A DNA stretch of 64,000 bases from a virus. The DNA is taken from IMG/VR virus record IMGVR_UViG_3300037067_018253. One strand, 5' to 3'. This document shows, in pieces, positions 10,358-19,615 of this stretch (its first letter is position 1; the number at the start of each line of letters is the position of its first letter). The notes beneath the pieces were generated by a model. The model was not told where the DNA came from. It was given only the letters and a program-made list of their open reading frames with translations, and searched no databases. The translations under genes were made by a program, and so were the position numbers.

Positions 10358-10678
10358 TCATTCCACCATCCCTTTTACTTTGGCGAAACTATCATCAACA
10401 TTGGCAGCCGGGTTCTCCATGCGCCCAACCTCAACACCCTTTTTGAACACCACTGTTTCGCCGGCTTCTTTTACGCCCAGTTTATCGGCAATACCCTTAC
10501 ACGCATCGCAGTCCACGACATACACGGGTACCCCAGATTGTTCCAGGCTTTGCAGTTTTTCAAGGAAGTCGTTTAGCGGAGCTCCACCTTTTTCGGACCA
10601 GGTAGCGATAACCACCTTTTCCTCTTTATTCTTCAAGTCATCAACCCAACCCGGATTGCAGGTAAATATGTTAGGCAT
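10358..10678 (-). CDS. thioredoxin-fold protein (non-canonical active site)
   Basis: Collinear with thioredoxin, but WCGPC is replaced by WSEKGGAP; CDAC located later. Confidence 0.45.
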   Translation of the reverse strand: MPNIFTCNPGWVDDLKNKEEKVVIATWSEKGGAPLNDFLEKLQSLEQSGVPVYVVDCDACKGIADKLGVKEAGETVVFKKGVEVGRMENPAANVDDSFAKVKGMVE

Positions 10679-10679
10679 T

Positions 10680-11009
10680 TTACGCTTCGCTCCTTACTGG
10701 TACTCCCCCGGGTAGATATCTTATCTCCGGAAATTTCTTTTCTATTTCAGCGGCACCTTTTTCAAGTAATTTCGACTCCCCGGGGTCAAGGTAATCAATA
10801 AGACGGATAATCTCACCGGCGTGAACCTTTTCCTCATCGGCAATATCAAGTAATGCCCCGGCGACTATTTCGTTATCCGTTGCATCTGCGTGTGCCGTGT
10901 AAAGGTGTATCGCCTCTTCTTCCGCAGCCAGGTCAATCCGTAGTGCCCGCACAAGGTCAAGTGTGTTTAATGGTGTAGATAGACCCGGGAATGGATTTTG
11001 AAACGCCAT
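10680..11009 (-). CDS. ferritin-like / rubrerythrin-type di-iron mini-protein (EncFtn-like)
   Basis: Two ExxH motifs (EEEAIH, EEKVH) in a roughly 100-aa helical protein. Confidence 0.5.
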   Translation of the reverse strand: MAFQNPFPGLSTPLNTLDLVRALRIDLAAEEEAIHLYTAHADATDNEIVAGALLDIADEEKVHAGEIIRLIDYLDPGESKLLEKGAAEIEKKFPEIRYLPGGVPVRSEA

Positions 11010-11183
11010 AATTATACCTCCACCTTAATATCAATCATCCTGTCCAACCTATCCCATAACTGATAGGCGGTAGTTTGTCTCCATTTTGTTTTTCCGCCGT
11101 CCTTATGCGCCTGAATGATTGCCCACTTTTTAAATTCCTCGAGGCACTTAGGGCAAACCACTACTGGTTCTACTGTCATAACT

Positions 11184-11675
11184 TTACCCTAAATATCTCC
11201 CCGTAGCTTCATCAAAAGGTGCGAATAATTTAGGGTTTTCGTAGTAATCATTCAGTGCAGATTCTTTGGTCGGGAATGGTTCGGCATAAGTGGTCGCATA
11301 AACCCGTCCCCTTTTATAAATCTTGACTAATTTATGGTTCGTTCCCCAGTCTATAATTTCCACGTCAACACTGGGCAGTTGCTTACTTTGCCTCACCGAG
11401 CCAGTAAAGCTATTTATCTCTGGCCGTGTAGTGCGGACAGTATCGCCGATATACACCCCTTTTGTCTCAGGGTCATAGCCAAGCAGCCATGTGTTATCAT
11501 CGGATATCAATACACCGCGCTCGGCATCAAATTTACCCTTGCCGAAGGCACGTAAACTTTTGTCAGTCAACATACTACATCCTTGCCGTAGACGCGCCTC
11601 AAGTGACTCTTCGTCATCAACGACCTCTATGGGAGGTCCTTTGAAGGGTGCATTAAATTTCAACTTCTTGGTCAT
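11184..11675 (-). CDS. hypothetical protein
   Basis: 163-aa ORF in minus-strand operon. Confidence 0.4.
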   Translation of the reverse strand: MTKKLKFNAPFKGPPIEVVDDEESLEARLRQGCSMLTDKSLRAFGKGKFDAERGVLISDDNTWLLGYDPETKGVYIGDTVRTTRPEINSFTGSVRQSKQLPSVDVEIIDWGTNHKLVKIYKRGRVYATTYAEPFPTKESALNDYYENPKLFAPFDEATGRYLG

Positions 11676-11676
11676 G

Positions 11677-12360
11677 TTATCCCCCCTTTGATTTCATAAA
11701 ATCGGGTAGCCTCTTTGGTCCACCACAGGTAGTACAGGGCTTTCCGGCATCAACAGCCTTACGTAATTTCGAGCAGTTACCGCTTTCCTTCGGGTATCTC
11801 TCAGTGTATTGTCCCGATTCTACAGCCTCTTTACTGCCTATATCCTGAATACTCTTTGCCCAGGCAGCTAGTTGTGTGTAAATTTCCGTATTCTTACCCT
11901 GGCGCGATGCGATTGGAATTGACTCGACTGCCAGTTTCTTTATCAGCCGGGAGTGTTTCGCCAGGCAATCACATGCTTTCCCTGCAATTTTTCCGCCAGC
12001 GGCTAAGTGTGCCTCCAGTACCGTCATTTCGTCTACAATGCTATCTATCTGGTATTGTAATGTCTCTGCATCGCTTACTCCGGACTCGGTAATTATATCC
12101 TCTTGCTTTGCTACTTTCACCGGGGGCATTATGCTATCCAGCGGGGAAACCGTGATTGAATTAACCCGCTGTCTTGTACCCCTCAGACTGATAGCCTCCC
12201 CCAATGAGTGGATATCCTCAGCCATCCCATGTATCAGTTTCGTGGCATCCTCCATGGGACCATGGAGCGGGTTTGCGTCCGCGATTATCTTAGATAACCG
12301 TGGTGGGCGCGGTAACGACGGTGGCCTCGGCAGGCCAAGCCTTTCGAATATTGAGGTCAT
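11677..12360 (-). CDS. hypothetical protein
   Basis: 227-aa ORF; C-terminal CxxC pair (CTTCGG). Confidence 0.4.
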   Translation of the reverse strand: MTSIFERLGLPRPPSLPRPPRLSKIIADANPLHGPMEDATKLIHGMAEDIHSLGEAISLRGTRQRVNSITVSPLDSIMPPVKVAKQEDIITESGVSDAETLQYQIDSIVDEMTVLEAHLAAGGKIAGKACDCLAKHSRLIKKLAVESIPIASRQGKNTEIYTQLAAWAKSIQDIGSKEAVESGQYTERYPKESGNCSKLRKAVDAGKPCTTCGGPKRLPDFMKSKGG

Positions 12361-12533
12361 AATTATTCCCCCTTTATGTTAATGTAGTCCAAAATAATGG
12401 TTTTAGTCAATAGTTTTAGTGGCTTCAGGCCAATCTTTCTTAGCTTGTCTTAGCAATTCTTCCAGTTGATACGTGACCCCAGTGTAAGACTTGTCTCCAT
12501 TGAATAGTTGTTCCGCTAATTTGCACAGTGGGC

Positions 12534-12630
12534 AGAAGAGCACAAACGAAATAGAAAAGAAAGCCCAAAAGGGCTTTGCCGTCTGTATCCCCAGTATTGA
12601 AATACGGGGTTTTAGACGGTGGGTGTTGAT
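12534..12630 (-). mobile_element. solo left end (LE) copy of the IS200/IS605-family element
   Basis: About 95 nt at roughly 90% identity to the reverse complement of 56360-56457 (LE with hairpin ccccagtattgaaatacgggg). Confidence 0.65.
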
Positions 12631-12727
12631 AAATTTCATTTTCTTCAATCACCATACATCCTTCGATTTTATATCCACAGTTAGTACACTCGAATATTTC
12701 CGTCACGGATAATATACCCTGCCATTT

Positions 12728-13189
12728 TCAATCCTTCCTGCAACTCAGGCATTTCCACTCTATCCTATCTTCGCGCCTATTAAAACTAAATGTCCATGCG
12801 GTAGGTCCAGTGCCCAGATTTTCCGTCTTGCCACAAGTAACACAGGTAACTGAAACCGGAGACATTTTGGGAGATACGTAGCCGCGCCAATCAACCTGCT
12901 TACCGGATATTAACTCCAGTTTCTTCCACGCCTGAACGCAGTGCTGGCACAGTTTCTTACCCCTATATTCTATCAGTAAGCTATCAACGTGGTTATCGCC
13001 ACATACCACACCACAAGCCTGACACTCAGGATGTTTTTTAACCGGAGATCCGCAAACATCGCAAACCCTGGTAACCTTGCGATACTCGGTGTAATTAATA
13101 CACCGCGTGGTGCCGCAATCGCCGTTTTTATTCCAGTGACACCCTGATACTATGCATTGATGTGTAGTAGCGTACAAGGTTACCTCCAC
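12728..13189 (-). CDS. Cys-rich multi-Zn-ribbon protein
   Basis: Numerous CxxC pairs across 153 aa. Confidence 0.45.
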   Translation of the reverse strand: MEVTLYATTHQCIVSGCHWNKNGDCGTTRCINYTEYRKVTRVCDVCGSPVKKHPECQACGVVCGDNHVDSLLIEYRGKKLCQHCVQAWKKLELISGKQVDWRGYVSPKMSPVSVTCVTCGKTENLGTGPTAWTFSFNRREDRIEWKCLSCRKD

Positions 13190-13193
13190 GTGC

Positions 13194-13490
13194 CTAGCGG
13201 TACTGGTTAAATTTTATTCCTGGTCTCTTGGTAATTGGGTTATTATCATCGCCGCCCCCATAAATCTGTATACGGGCAGCCGGCGTTACTGTCCCCTTTT
13301 TACCCAACTCCTTCCGGCAAGTGTCGCAGATTTTTATCTTGGCATGGAAGGGGCGGTCACCCCGTGTAATATCGCTGACATTTTCGGAGTAGAAAATCCT
13401 CTGGCAAATATCACACTGGGAAACTACTTTTATATCATCGTCATCCTGGTTGCCTGGTTCTACTACCTGCCTCATGGGGGACTCCTTCAC
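13194..13490 (-). CDS. Zn-ribbon protein
   Basis: CDICQ...CDTC. Confidence 0.4.
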   Translation of the reverse strand: MKESPMRQVVEPGNQDDDDIKVVSQCDICQRIFYSENVSDITRGDRPFHAKIKICDTCRKELGKKGTVTPAARIQIYGGGDDNNPITKRPGIKFNQYR

Positions 13491-13804
13491 CTATTTACTA
13501 TTTTTGGGGAATCGTTTTGCGCATTTGCCGGTTTTAATCCGAATGACCTCCGGGGGTAGCCCATATTTCTTTTCAAATGGCCCCACCTTGACATCACTCC
13601 GGTCTTTTATTACGGGCATATCCACACTCCTTGGTTATTTTAAAACCCACTTTAGCGGAAATATTTCTGCATTTTTCGGTAAGTAGAGTGGGTGCCTGGG
13701 TTGACCTGACTTAGTTAGCCCAAATATGAAGGCATCGGTGAACATTTTCATCACAATGTCGCCACGTCCCATGTACTCCCCATCATTTCCCCAGCATAGT
13801 ATGG

Positions 13805-14074
13805 TTATCTGACCTCATTCTTTTTGTATGCGACGGCTATTCTATCTACCAACTTACCAAACGTGGTCATATTATCGCCCAGCCACTCCATTTTCATTCG
13901 CATGGTAACATCATATCCAACCTCAACACCCTCCGGTATTTCCCGCAGGCTAGTATATTTTTTAACCAACTGTGCCAGGATAAAAGCGCGGCTGAATCCC
14001 CGGTCCAACATCCACTCGATATATTCCCGCACCTCATCCTTGTGTCCGTTGCCAGGTATACCGTTTTCATCCAT
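13805..14074 (-). CDS. hypothetical protein
   Basis: 89-aa ORF. Confidence 0.35.
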   Translation of the reverse strand: MDENGIPGNGHKDEVREYIEWMLDRGFSRAFILAQLVKKYTSLREIPEGVEVGYDVTMRMKMEWLGDNMTTFGKLVDRIAVAYKKNEVR

Positions 14075-14103
14075 GCATTAAACTCCTTGCTTCTATTGAG
14101 GCG

Positions 14104-15063
14104 TTAAGCCCACAGTTTTAAAACCGGATGATGCTCTAATACCAGCTTGTCCACTGTCTCCGGCGACTTCGTGTAATATGTGTCTGCAATTTCACCGCTA
14201 CTGGATATTTTCCACCGCAGAAATATGTGGGCGGCCAGTACCGGCTCCATTTTCAACTGCGGTAGCCCTGCAAAGGTATCCCTGATTGTTTCCGCCAGGT
14301 ACCGGCGGAATGAGTGCCAGTTTTTATGATACTGGTTTTCTACACCAGCTTTTTTGCAAATCCTTTTGAACATGGCGAACATGTAGAGTTTATTATGCGG
14401 AGTGTCAAAGTCACAGGCTTTTAAATGTGGCACTAATTCTTTTGCCAGCACCTGCCCGCGCTTCTCTCCGCCTTTCTCTGTATCGACAAAAATAGACATC
14501 CCGTTGTAATCTATGTCCCCATTCCTAACCCGCCACAGCTCGCCGGCGCGCAGACCATATACAGATGCGAGACACAGGTACGCAGTTTCATCAGTAGTGA
14601 GTTTCCCCGACCGAGCAGCTATAACCATGCTCTTAATTTCCCCTGCCGTAATAGATGGCTTGGTTTTATCCGATTCATCCACCCGCGGCATGTCCCTTTT
14701 ACCCCAATCCCACACCGGGGCACGTGTATTAATAGCCTTCAGAATCTTTGCGGTGGCGCTGGGGTCGTCTGGATTTATCTGCCCTATGACTTCCTCCCTC
14801 TCCACCTCATGTGCCGTCCTGGCCGCGTCGTAGACCCTCTTAACAGCACCCATCGCAAATCTAACCGTGGTCGGCGCATAGCCCTCTTTTTCAATTTTCT
14901 TTTTAAAACTGGTGGCCAGCGCTCCATCCCATTTCGATACGGGTATTTTTTCAGTATATTTCAGAAATTTGTCCATCCAGAAGGTCTGCACATTCACAGT
15001 GTCGTGGCTGGAATTACCGAGGCTCTTCAAACGTTGTGCGCGTATTGCTTTAGTTGTAACCAT
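14104..15063 (-). CDS. tyrosine recombinase / phage integrase
   Basis: N-terminal SAM-like domain; LRAGELWRVR box, HSFRRYLAET (HxxR), C-terminal ...DTYYTKSP tyrosine region. Confidence 0.7.
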   Translation of the reverse strand: MVTTKAIRAQRLKSLGNSSHDTVNVQTFWMDKFLKYTEKIPVSKWDGALATSFKKKIEKEGYAPTTVRFAMGAVKRVYDAARTAHEVEREEVIGQINPDDPSATAKILKAINTRAPVWDWGKRDMPRVDESDKTKPSITAGEIKSMVIAARSGKLTTDETAYLCLASVYGLRAGELWRVRNGDIDYNGMSIFVDTEKGGEKRGQVLAKELVPHLKACDFDTPHNKLYMFAMFKRICKKAGVENQYHKNWHSFRRYLAETIRDTFAGLPQLKMEPVLAAHIFLRWKISSSGEIADTYYTKSPETVDKLVLEHHPVLKLWA

Positions 15064-15072
15064 TAATTACTC

Positions 15073-16035
15073 CTATATACCCGGTAATCTTGCTATATTT
15101 AATTGTTTTTTGGGCTTCTTGGCATCATTCTGAGGGCCGTATGTAACACTCAGGTGGATAATGCGCTTAACCTCTTCAATGGTCGGCGCTTTCATAAGCT
15201 GCCATATACCGCGCGCCTTACGCACATCCCCAAGCCCCATATCGTGTACCTGTATACCGATCATCTCCGCTATTTCAGATGGGCAATCTTCTGCGTGTGC
15301 CAACATACCAACGACCACATCAATAAATTCCTGGCGTGTGTACTCGGGAAAATGGGCGTGGAAAGCGAACCGAGATAGAAATTCCGGTGTCATTTTATCA
15401 GAACGATTACACCCTGCGATAACACTGGTATTCAAGGTTATGCCCCTCGTCCTGCCGCTTTTGGTTTCCAGTATCTCCCCCTTCTCCATCAATCCCAGCA
15501 TCACCGAATAACAGTAGCGGTCAAGTTTATCCGCCTCATCAAGTAAAAGCATGTTGGGTCTGAACTCGAATAATACATCGGATAATCCGGCTGCGCTGGT
15601 ACGGCTCCCGAAGGCCATATATGCGCTGGGCACTACTGAACGGATTGCATCAAGCATCAACGATTTTGCGCACGCCGGCGGGCCCTGCAAGAGTATGCAT
15701 ATTTTTCTCTGCGATGTTATTGCGTCCGCCATCATCTGCTTAAGGTCATCAAAACCAACAATTAAATCCATGGCCTGTAGAATTTCCTCGCGACTAACCC
15801 GTTCCATCTCCCTTTCCATTGCACATGGAAAGGCCAGCCCTTCGCCTTTCTCTGTGAGAAGATACCGGTTTGGTTCACTATAAACCAATTTAACCAGCCC
15901 CTCATTCATTAGCCGATTTATATCAGCTACCGTGGCGCCAACCGCATGATGCTGCCATGGCTTGAAACGTGTCGGTCGCCGCGGGTCATGTTCGCGCTCA
16001 TGCGCTTTCTGGAGTATTTCTGCATCGGAGTTCAT
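15073..16035 (-). CDS. AAA+ ATPase with N-terminal winged-helix domain
   Basis: Walker A GPPACAKS, Walker B LLLDEADKL, sensor-1 AGCN, Arg finger region SRF. Confidence 0.6.
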   Translation of the reverse strand: MNSDAEILQKAHEREHDPRRPTRFKPWQHHAVGATVADINRLMNEGLVKLVYSEPNRYLLTEKGEGLAFPCAMEREMERVSREEILQAMDLIVGFDDLKQMMADAITSQRKICILLQGPPACAKSLMLDAIRSVVPSAYMAFGSRTSAAGLSDVLFEFRPNMLLLDEADKLDRYCYSVMLGLMEKGEILETKSGRTRGITLNTSVIAGCNRSDKMTPEFLSRFAFHAHFPEYTRQEFIDVVVGMLAHAEDCPSEIAEMIGIQVHDMGLGDVRKARGIWQLMKAPTIEEVKRIIHLSVTYGPQNDAKKPKKQLNIARLPGI

Positions 16036-16811
16036 TTTACAGGAAGCTCCTTGCGTTCAACTGGCCATCCCACCTTCTGTAGCCTGCTTTTAATATATAC
16101 GGCTACGTTCACGATAGAAGCCGCTGTGATAATCTCCCTGACCCATTCTATGCGTGGCTGGGTATAGGCGCGCACCGGGGTCATGGTACCAATAACAAGC
16201 CATTTTATATTGGCAACCAGTAGGCCACCAGCCAAGTCGTCTATTTTACCGATATTCCAACTGATTAATGGCTCAAAGGACACCCATTTATGGCTTGCGT
16301 TTACATTGGCTAATGCATGTAGCACCTCGTCGTAATTCGTGCCTGTGCTGGTGCCGCCTACCCATGCGTTTTCCGGCCACTTCCCCCATTTGCGCCAGTT
16401 GCCAGGCGTTTTAGACAGGAATAAAAACTGGTGCTGCGGGCATTGTTCTATAACGCTAAATACCGCATCCCGTAGTTTTAAACCGGGCAATATCGACATA
16501 AAACAATCACTGCCTGGGTCCACCCATGAACCACCGAGATCGCCCATAAAAGCTACGCCAATCCTGGCAGGTATCTTTTGTTTTATCGGATCCATTAAAC
16601 GCTCAGGGTAAAAAGTTGGATTGAAGCCATTGGGATAATTGTCATGGAATCTGGTTATCACTGTGTTTGCCCAGCAACGTTCCCTACCAACAGCGCACAC
16701 CGGTTTTCCGTTAGCCCCCAGTATTGCGTACTGCTTGCAACCGGTGTAAAAGGACCATGTGTAATTCAGATATTCAATATTTGATTTTGTTAACCCATTT
16801 TTACTTGGCAT
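16032..16811 (-). CDS. phage Gp37/Gp68-family (DUF5131)-like protein
   Basis: N-terminal TKSNIEYLNYTWSFYTGC motif typical of that family; assignment by recall only. Confidence 0.35.
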   Translation of the reverse strand: MPSKNGLTKSNIEYLNYTWSFYTGCKQYAILGANGKPVCAVGRERCWANTVITRFHDNYPNGFNPTFYPERLMDPIKQKIPARIGVAFMGDLGGSWVDPGSDCFMSILPGLKLRDAVFSVIEQCPQHQFLFLSKTPGNWRKWGKWPENAWVGGTSTGTNYDEVLHALANVNASHKWVSFEPLISWNIGKIDDLAGGLLVANIKWLVIGTMTPVRAYTQPRIEWVREIITAASIVNVAVYIKSRLQKVGWPVERKELPVK

Positions 16812-17614
16812 TATTTCGCCGCCGTATTAAAAAATTCTATTCTCTTTAGCTCCACCACTGCGTTAAGCCATGCCACCTGTGTTTCGGGTTTCCAGTTATC
16901 ATTGAATGGCGGAAGCAACTGCGTTATTGGATTGTCTGATTCGTGTGGCAGGTATGCGTTTTTCCAACTCGCCAGTCTCCATCCCGGGATACCATACTTT
17001 TTTGTTGTTGCAGGGAAGCCGGAGGAAACAGCCTCCTTGATTATGGCTATGCGCTGCTCGCGGGTGTACTCCTTCACATCTGGTGTTTCTGCCTGCAAAG
17101 ATAGTGTCCGTTTTTCCTTTTTAGCCACAGGCACACCCTTGGATACAGTGTTCCTCTTCCGTGACAAGTCGATAACCATGGGTCTCAGGGAGCGCATCGG
17201 CACGTTATATTTCCCGGCTACTGTAACAACTCCACCCTTGCCAAGAGACAGTGCCTCTAGTGCTATTTCCATACGTCCTTCAATGGACATATCTATCCAA
17301 TTTTCCAGGGGACTCTTTTCCAGAACAGGAGATGAGTTATGTGCAGGTGGTACGGTGATATTCTTTTGCGTGGCTAGAACAGTTACTGGCCTATCGTTCA
17401 TTATTTCATCCACGTATTTAACAACATCGCCGCGCTTACCCAGTGTTTGGTTTAACTCTCTCACCCTGGCGCTTATTTTGGGGTCCATGATGTCTTTCGG
17501 ATGAAACTGCACCTCGCCGCAATAACAGGTGAGTTTATCAACACCAGGTTCATAAATGATATGTTCGAAAAAGTGTTCATGTTTCCTGCTTGTTTTAGTT
17601 GGCTGTGTGGTCAT
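16811..17614 (-). CDS. putative DNA-binding protein (two HTH-like segments)
   Basis: Helix-turn-helix-like stretches ALSLGKGGVVTVAGKYNVPMRSL and AVSSGFPATTKKYGIPGWRL. Confidence 0.35.
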   Translation of the reverse strand: MTTQPTKTSRKHEHFFEHIIYEPGVDKLTCYCGEVQFHPKDIMDPKISARVRELNQTLGKRGDVVKYVDEIMNDRPVTVLATQKNITVPPAHNSSPVLEKSPLENWIDMSIEGRMEIALEALSLGKGGVVTVAGKYNVPMRSLRPMVIDLSRKRNTVSKGVPVAKKEKRTLSLQAETPDVKEYTREQRIAIIKEAVSSGFPATTKKYGIPGWRLASWKNAYLPHESDNPITQLLPPFNDNWKPETQVAWLNAVVELKRIEFFNTAAK

Positions 17615-18506
17615 TTTTACCCCCGTCGTTTAATTTACTCTGCCTGAAACTCTTACCCTCCATCTGGATAAAACGTCCCTGTGTCATTTCCATCAGGCGA
17701 TCAAAAGAGGCTTGGTTCGCGCCGCCAAGATGATCTCTTAATTTGTCTATGCTCAGGTTGGTGGTCATTACTACCGGGCGTGGGCCGGCTTTGTAGCGAC
17801 CGTCAATGATGGTGAAAAGTGTGCGCTGGACAAATTTCAGGTCCGATACCTCGACCTTGCCGATATCATCAAGTACCAGCAATGGCGTGGCTATACACCG
17901 GTTTACTATCGCGAACTCACTCTCCTTGCTTTCCCTGTCACTGAAGCTATAGCTGTAAGTAGCACGTATTCTATCGAACAACTCCGGCTCTGAAATAAAA
18001 TGAGGGACTCCCTGCCACTCCCCATGCCACCTGTCTATAATCGCATTGCAAATTGCGCTGGCCAGGTGTGTTTTTCCGGTTCCCCAGCTCTTCTCTGAAA
18101 ACATAAGGAGTGAGGATGTTTTTTCGGAATGAATAATGTCGTAGTTATCTGCATATGCCTTGCACCGGTTAAATGCAGCCGGTTGCCGTGATTTATCAAA
18201 ATTCCCAAATGAGGCTTTTGTGTACTTGGGCGGTATCCCGCTATTTTGCCTCATTTTTTCTCTCTGGTCTTTAATTATCGCTTCATCCGCCGCTACTGCT
18301 TTGGCATATGCCTCCGCATTACACCTGGTGCATCTGCCACCGCCTTGGATATATTTAGTGCCAAAAAGCGGGCTAACTGTGGTTAGTTTTTTCCCGCGCT
18401 CTGTTAAATTAAGGTTGCCTTTTATTTCAATACCCTGTGCTTCGTATTCATTCCCGCATGTAATACATCTACGTTTTTCACTGATAGCCTTGATTTCTTT
18501 ACTCAA
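17595..18506 (-). CDS. DnaC/IstB-like helicase loader ATPase with N-terminal Zn finger
   Basis: CITCGNEY...CTRC; Walker A GTGKTHLASAICNAI; Walker B LLVLDDIGK. Confidence 0.75.
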   Translation of the reverse strand: MSKEIKAISEKRRCITCGNEYEAQGIEIKGNLNLTERGKKLTTVSPLFGTKYIQGGGRCTRCNAEAYAKAVAADEAIIKDQREKMRQNSGIPPKYTKASFGNFDKSRQPAAFNRCKAYADNYDIIHSEKTSSLLMFSEKSWGTGKTHLASAICNAIIDRWHGEWQGVPHFISEPELFDRIRATYSYSFSDRESKESEFAIVNRCIATPLLVLDDIGKVEVSDLKFVQRTLFTIIDGRYKAGPRPVVMTTNLSIDKLRDHLGGANQASFDRLMEMTQGRFIQMEGKSFRQSKLNDGGKNDHTAN

Positions 18507-19401
18507 TTATAACCCCCTCTAAAGGTTCCAGGTGTGTATTTGTTGTACCGCCGTTCTTGGATTTCATTTTCATGTATAGCCTATCGAACTTCTCACGGAG
18601 GCTGGATGCGCTGAGTATATTAGACATCCAGAAGCTGTCCGATTGGCAAAAATCTATCACATCATGTATTTCCTGCGGTGTCCTTTTATCAAGCCTTAAC
18701 ATCAACCCGATTTCCTTGGACCATTTGGCTAAATTGTCCGGTACTTTAGCCCCGGGGTTGTTAATTAGCACCCTCTCTTTTAAATAATTTGCCAGTAAAA
18801 CTGCCCTGTCCGGACAGGGTTCGGACGTAGATGTTTCTTTAAGAGATTTATTTAATATTTCTTTATATAATGTAGGATGTGAACTTTTGTTCACGTCCAC
18901 CCCTGAACTTTTGTTCACGTCCACCCCTGAACTTTTGTTCATGTCCGTAACTTCAGGGGGTGAACTTTCGTTCAGGGGTAGAACTATTTGTTCACCCCCA
19001 TCATTTTGTTCCAGACCTGAAAATTTCTTCAATAACCGCTGATTTATGGTACCACTATTCCAGTTAGAAATCCGGGTGTTCATCTGGTAAATGTACCCTT
19101 TCCCTTGACCTAAGTCTTTACGTAATATTATTTTTGCTTCAGCCAGGTGTTTTATGCACTTAAATATGGCACGTTCACTAACGCGCAGATATTCTGCTAT
19201 CTCAGGTCTATGCAGGCACGTTTCTTTTTGGCGCTCTCCGTTGACTACCCATCCATAGGTTTTACGCCACAGTAGCAACACTATGCTTTTTTCGGTCCCA
19301 CTCAGGTTAGACAGCGCCAGTGCCTCCAGTAATAAGTTTGATACCGGAGTGGTCCCGTCTTCTGGATCTGCTTTAAGTTTGAATTTATCGCCCTTTGGCA
19401 T
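18499..19401 (-). CDS. phage replisome organizer / replication initiator (DnaD-like, Phage_rep_org_N-type)
   Basis: N-terminal LSGTEKSIVLLLWRKTYGW motif; contains iteron array encoding KSSGVDVNKSSGVDVNKSS. Confidence 0.6.
   Translation of the reverse strand: MPKGDKFKLKADPEDGTTPVSNLLLEALALSNLSGTEKSIVLLLWRKTYGWVVNGERQKETCLHRPEIAEYLRVSERAIFKCIKHLAEAKIILRKDLGQGKGYIYQMNTRISNWNSGTINQRLLKKFSGLEQNDGGEQIVLPLNESSPPEVTDMNKSSGVDVNKSSGVDVNKSSHPTLYKEILNKSLKETSTSEPCPDRAVLLANYLKERVLINNPGAKVPDNLAKWSKEIGLMLRLDKRTPQEIHDVIDFCQSDSFWMSNILSASSLREKFDRLYMKMKSKNGGTTNTHLEPLEGVIIE
18880..19000. repeat. iteron-like array: three 24-bp direct repeats (tgaacttttgttcacgtccacccc) plus inverted partial copies
   Basis: Direct reading; located inside the initiator gene as in lambda O-type origins. 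Confidence 0.55.
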
Positions 19402-19610
19402 TAATTTACCCTCTGTGTGAACCTGTTATATTCAGACACAGGTATACGCCAGGTGTTTCCCACTCGAATGCCTTTCAATGTTCCCTTGTTAAGCCAGCGA
19501 TAAACTGTTTCTGTATCAACTCTCAGTTTAGCGGCTATTTCACTGACAGTGTAGTATTCTACTGTTTCCATAATTACCCATAACTTACCACTTTTAACCC
19601 ATATTGTCAA
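19401..19610 (-). CDS. HTH_17/excisionase-family DNA-binding protein
   Basis: YTVSEIAAKLRVDTETVYRWLNKGTLKGIRVGNTWRI. Confidence 0.55.
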   Translation of the reverse strand: MTIWVKSGKLWVIMETVEYYTVSEIAAKLRVDTETVYRWLNKGTLKGIRVGNTWRIPVSEYNRFTQRVN

Positions 19611-19615
19611 TGGCC

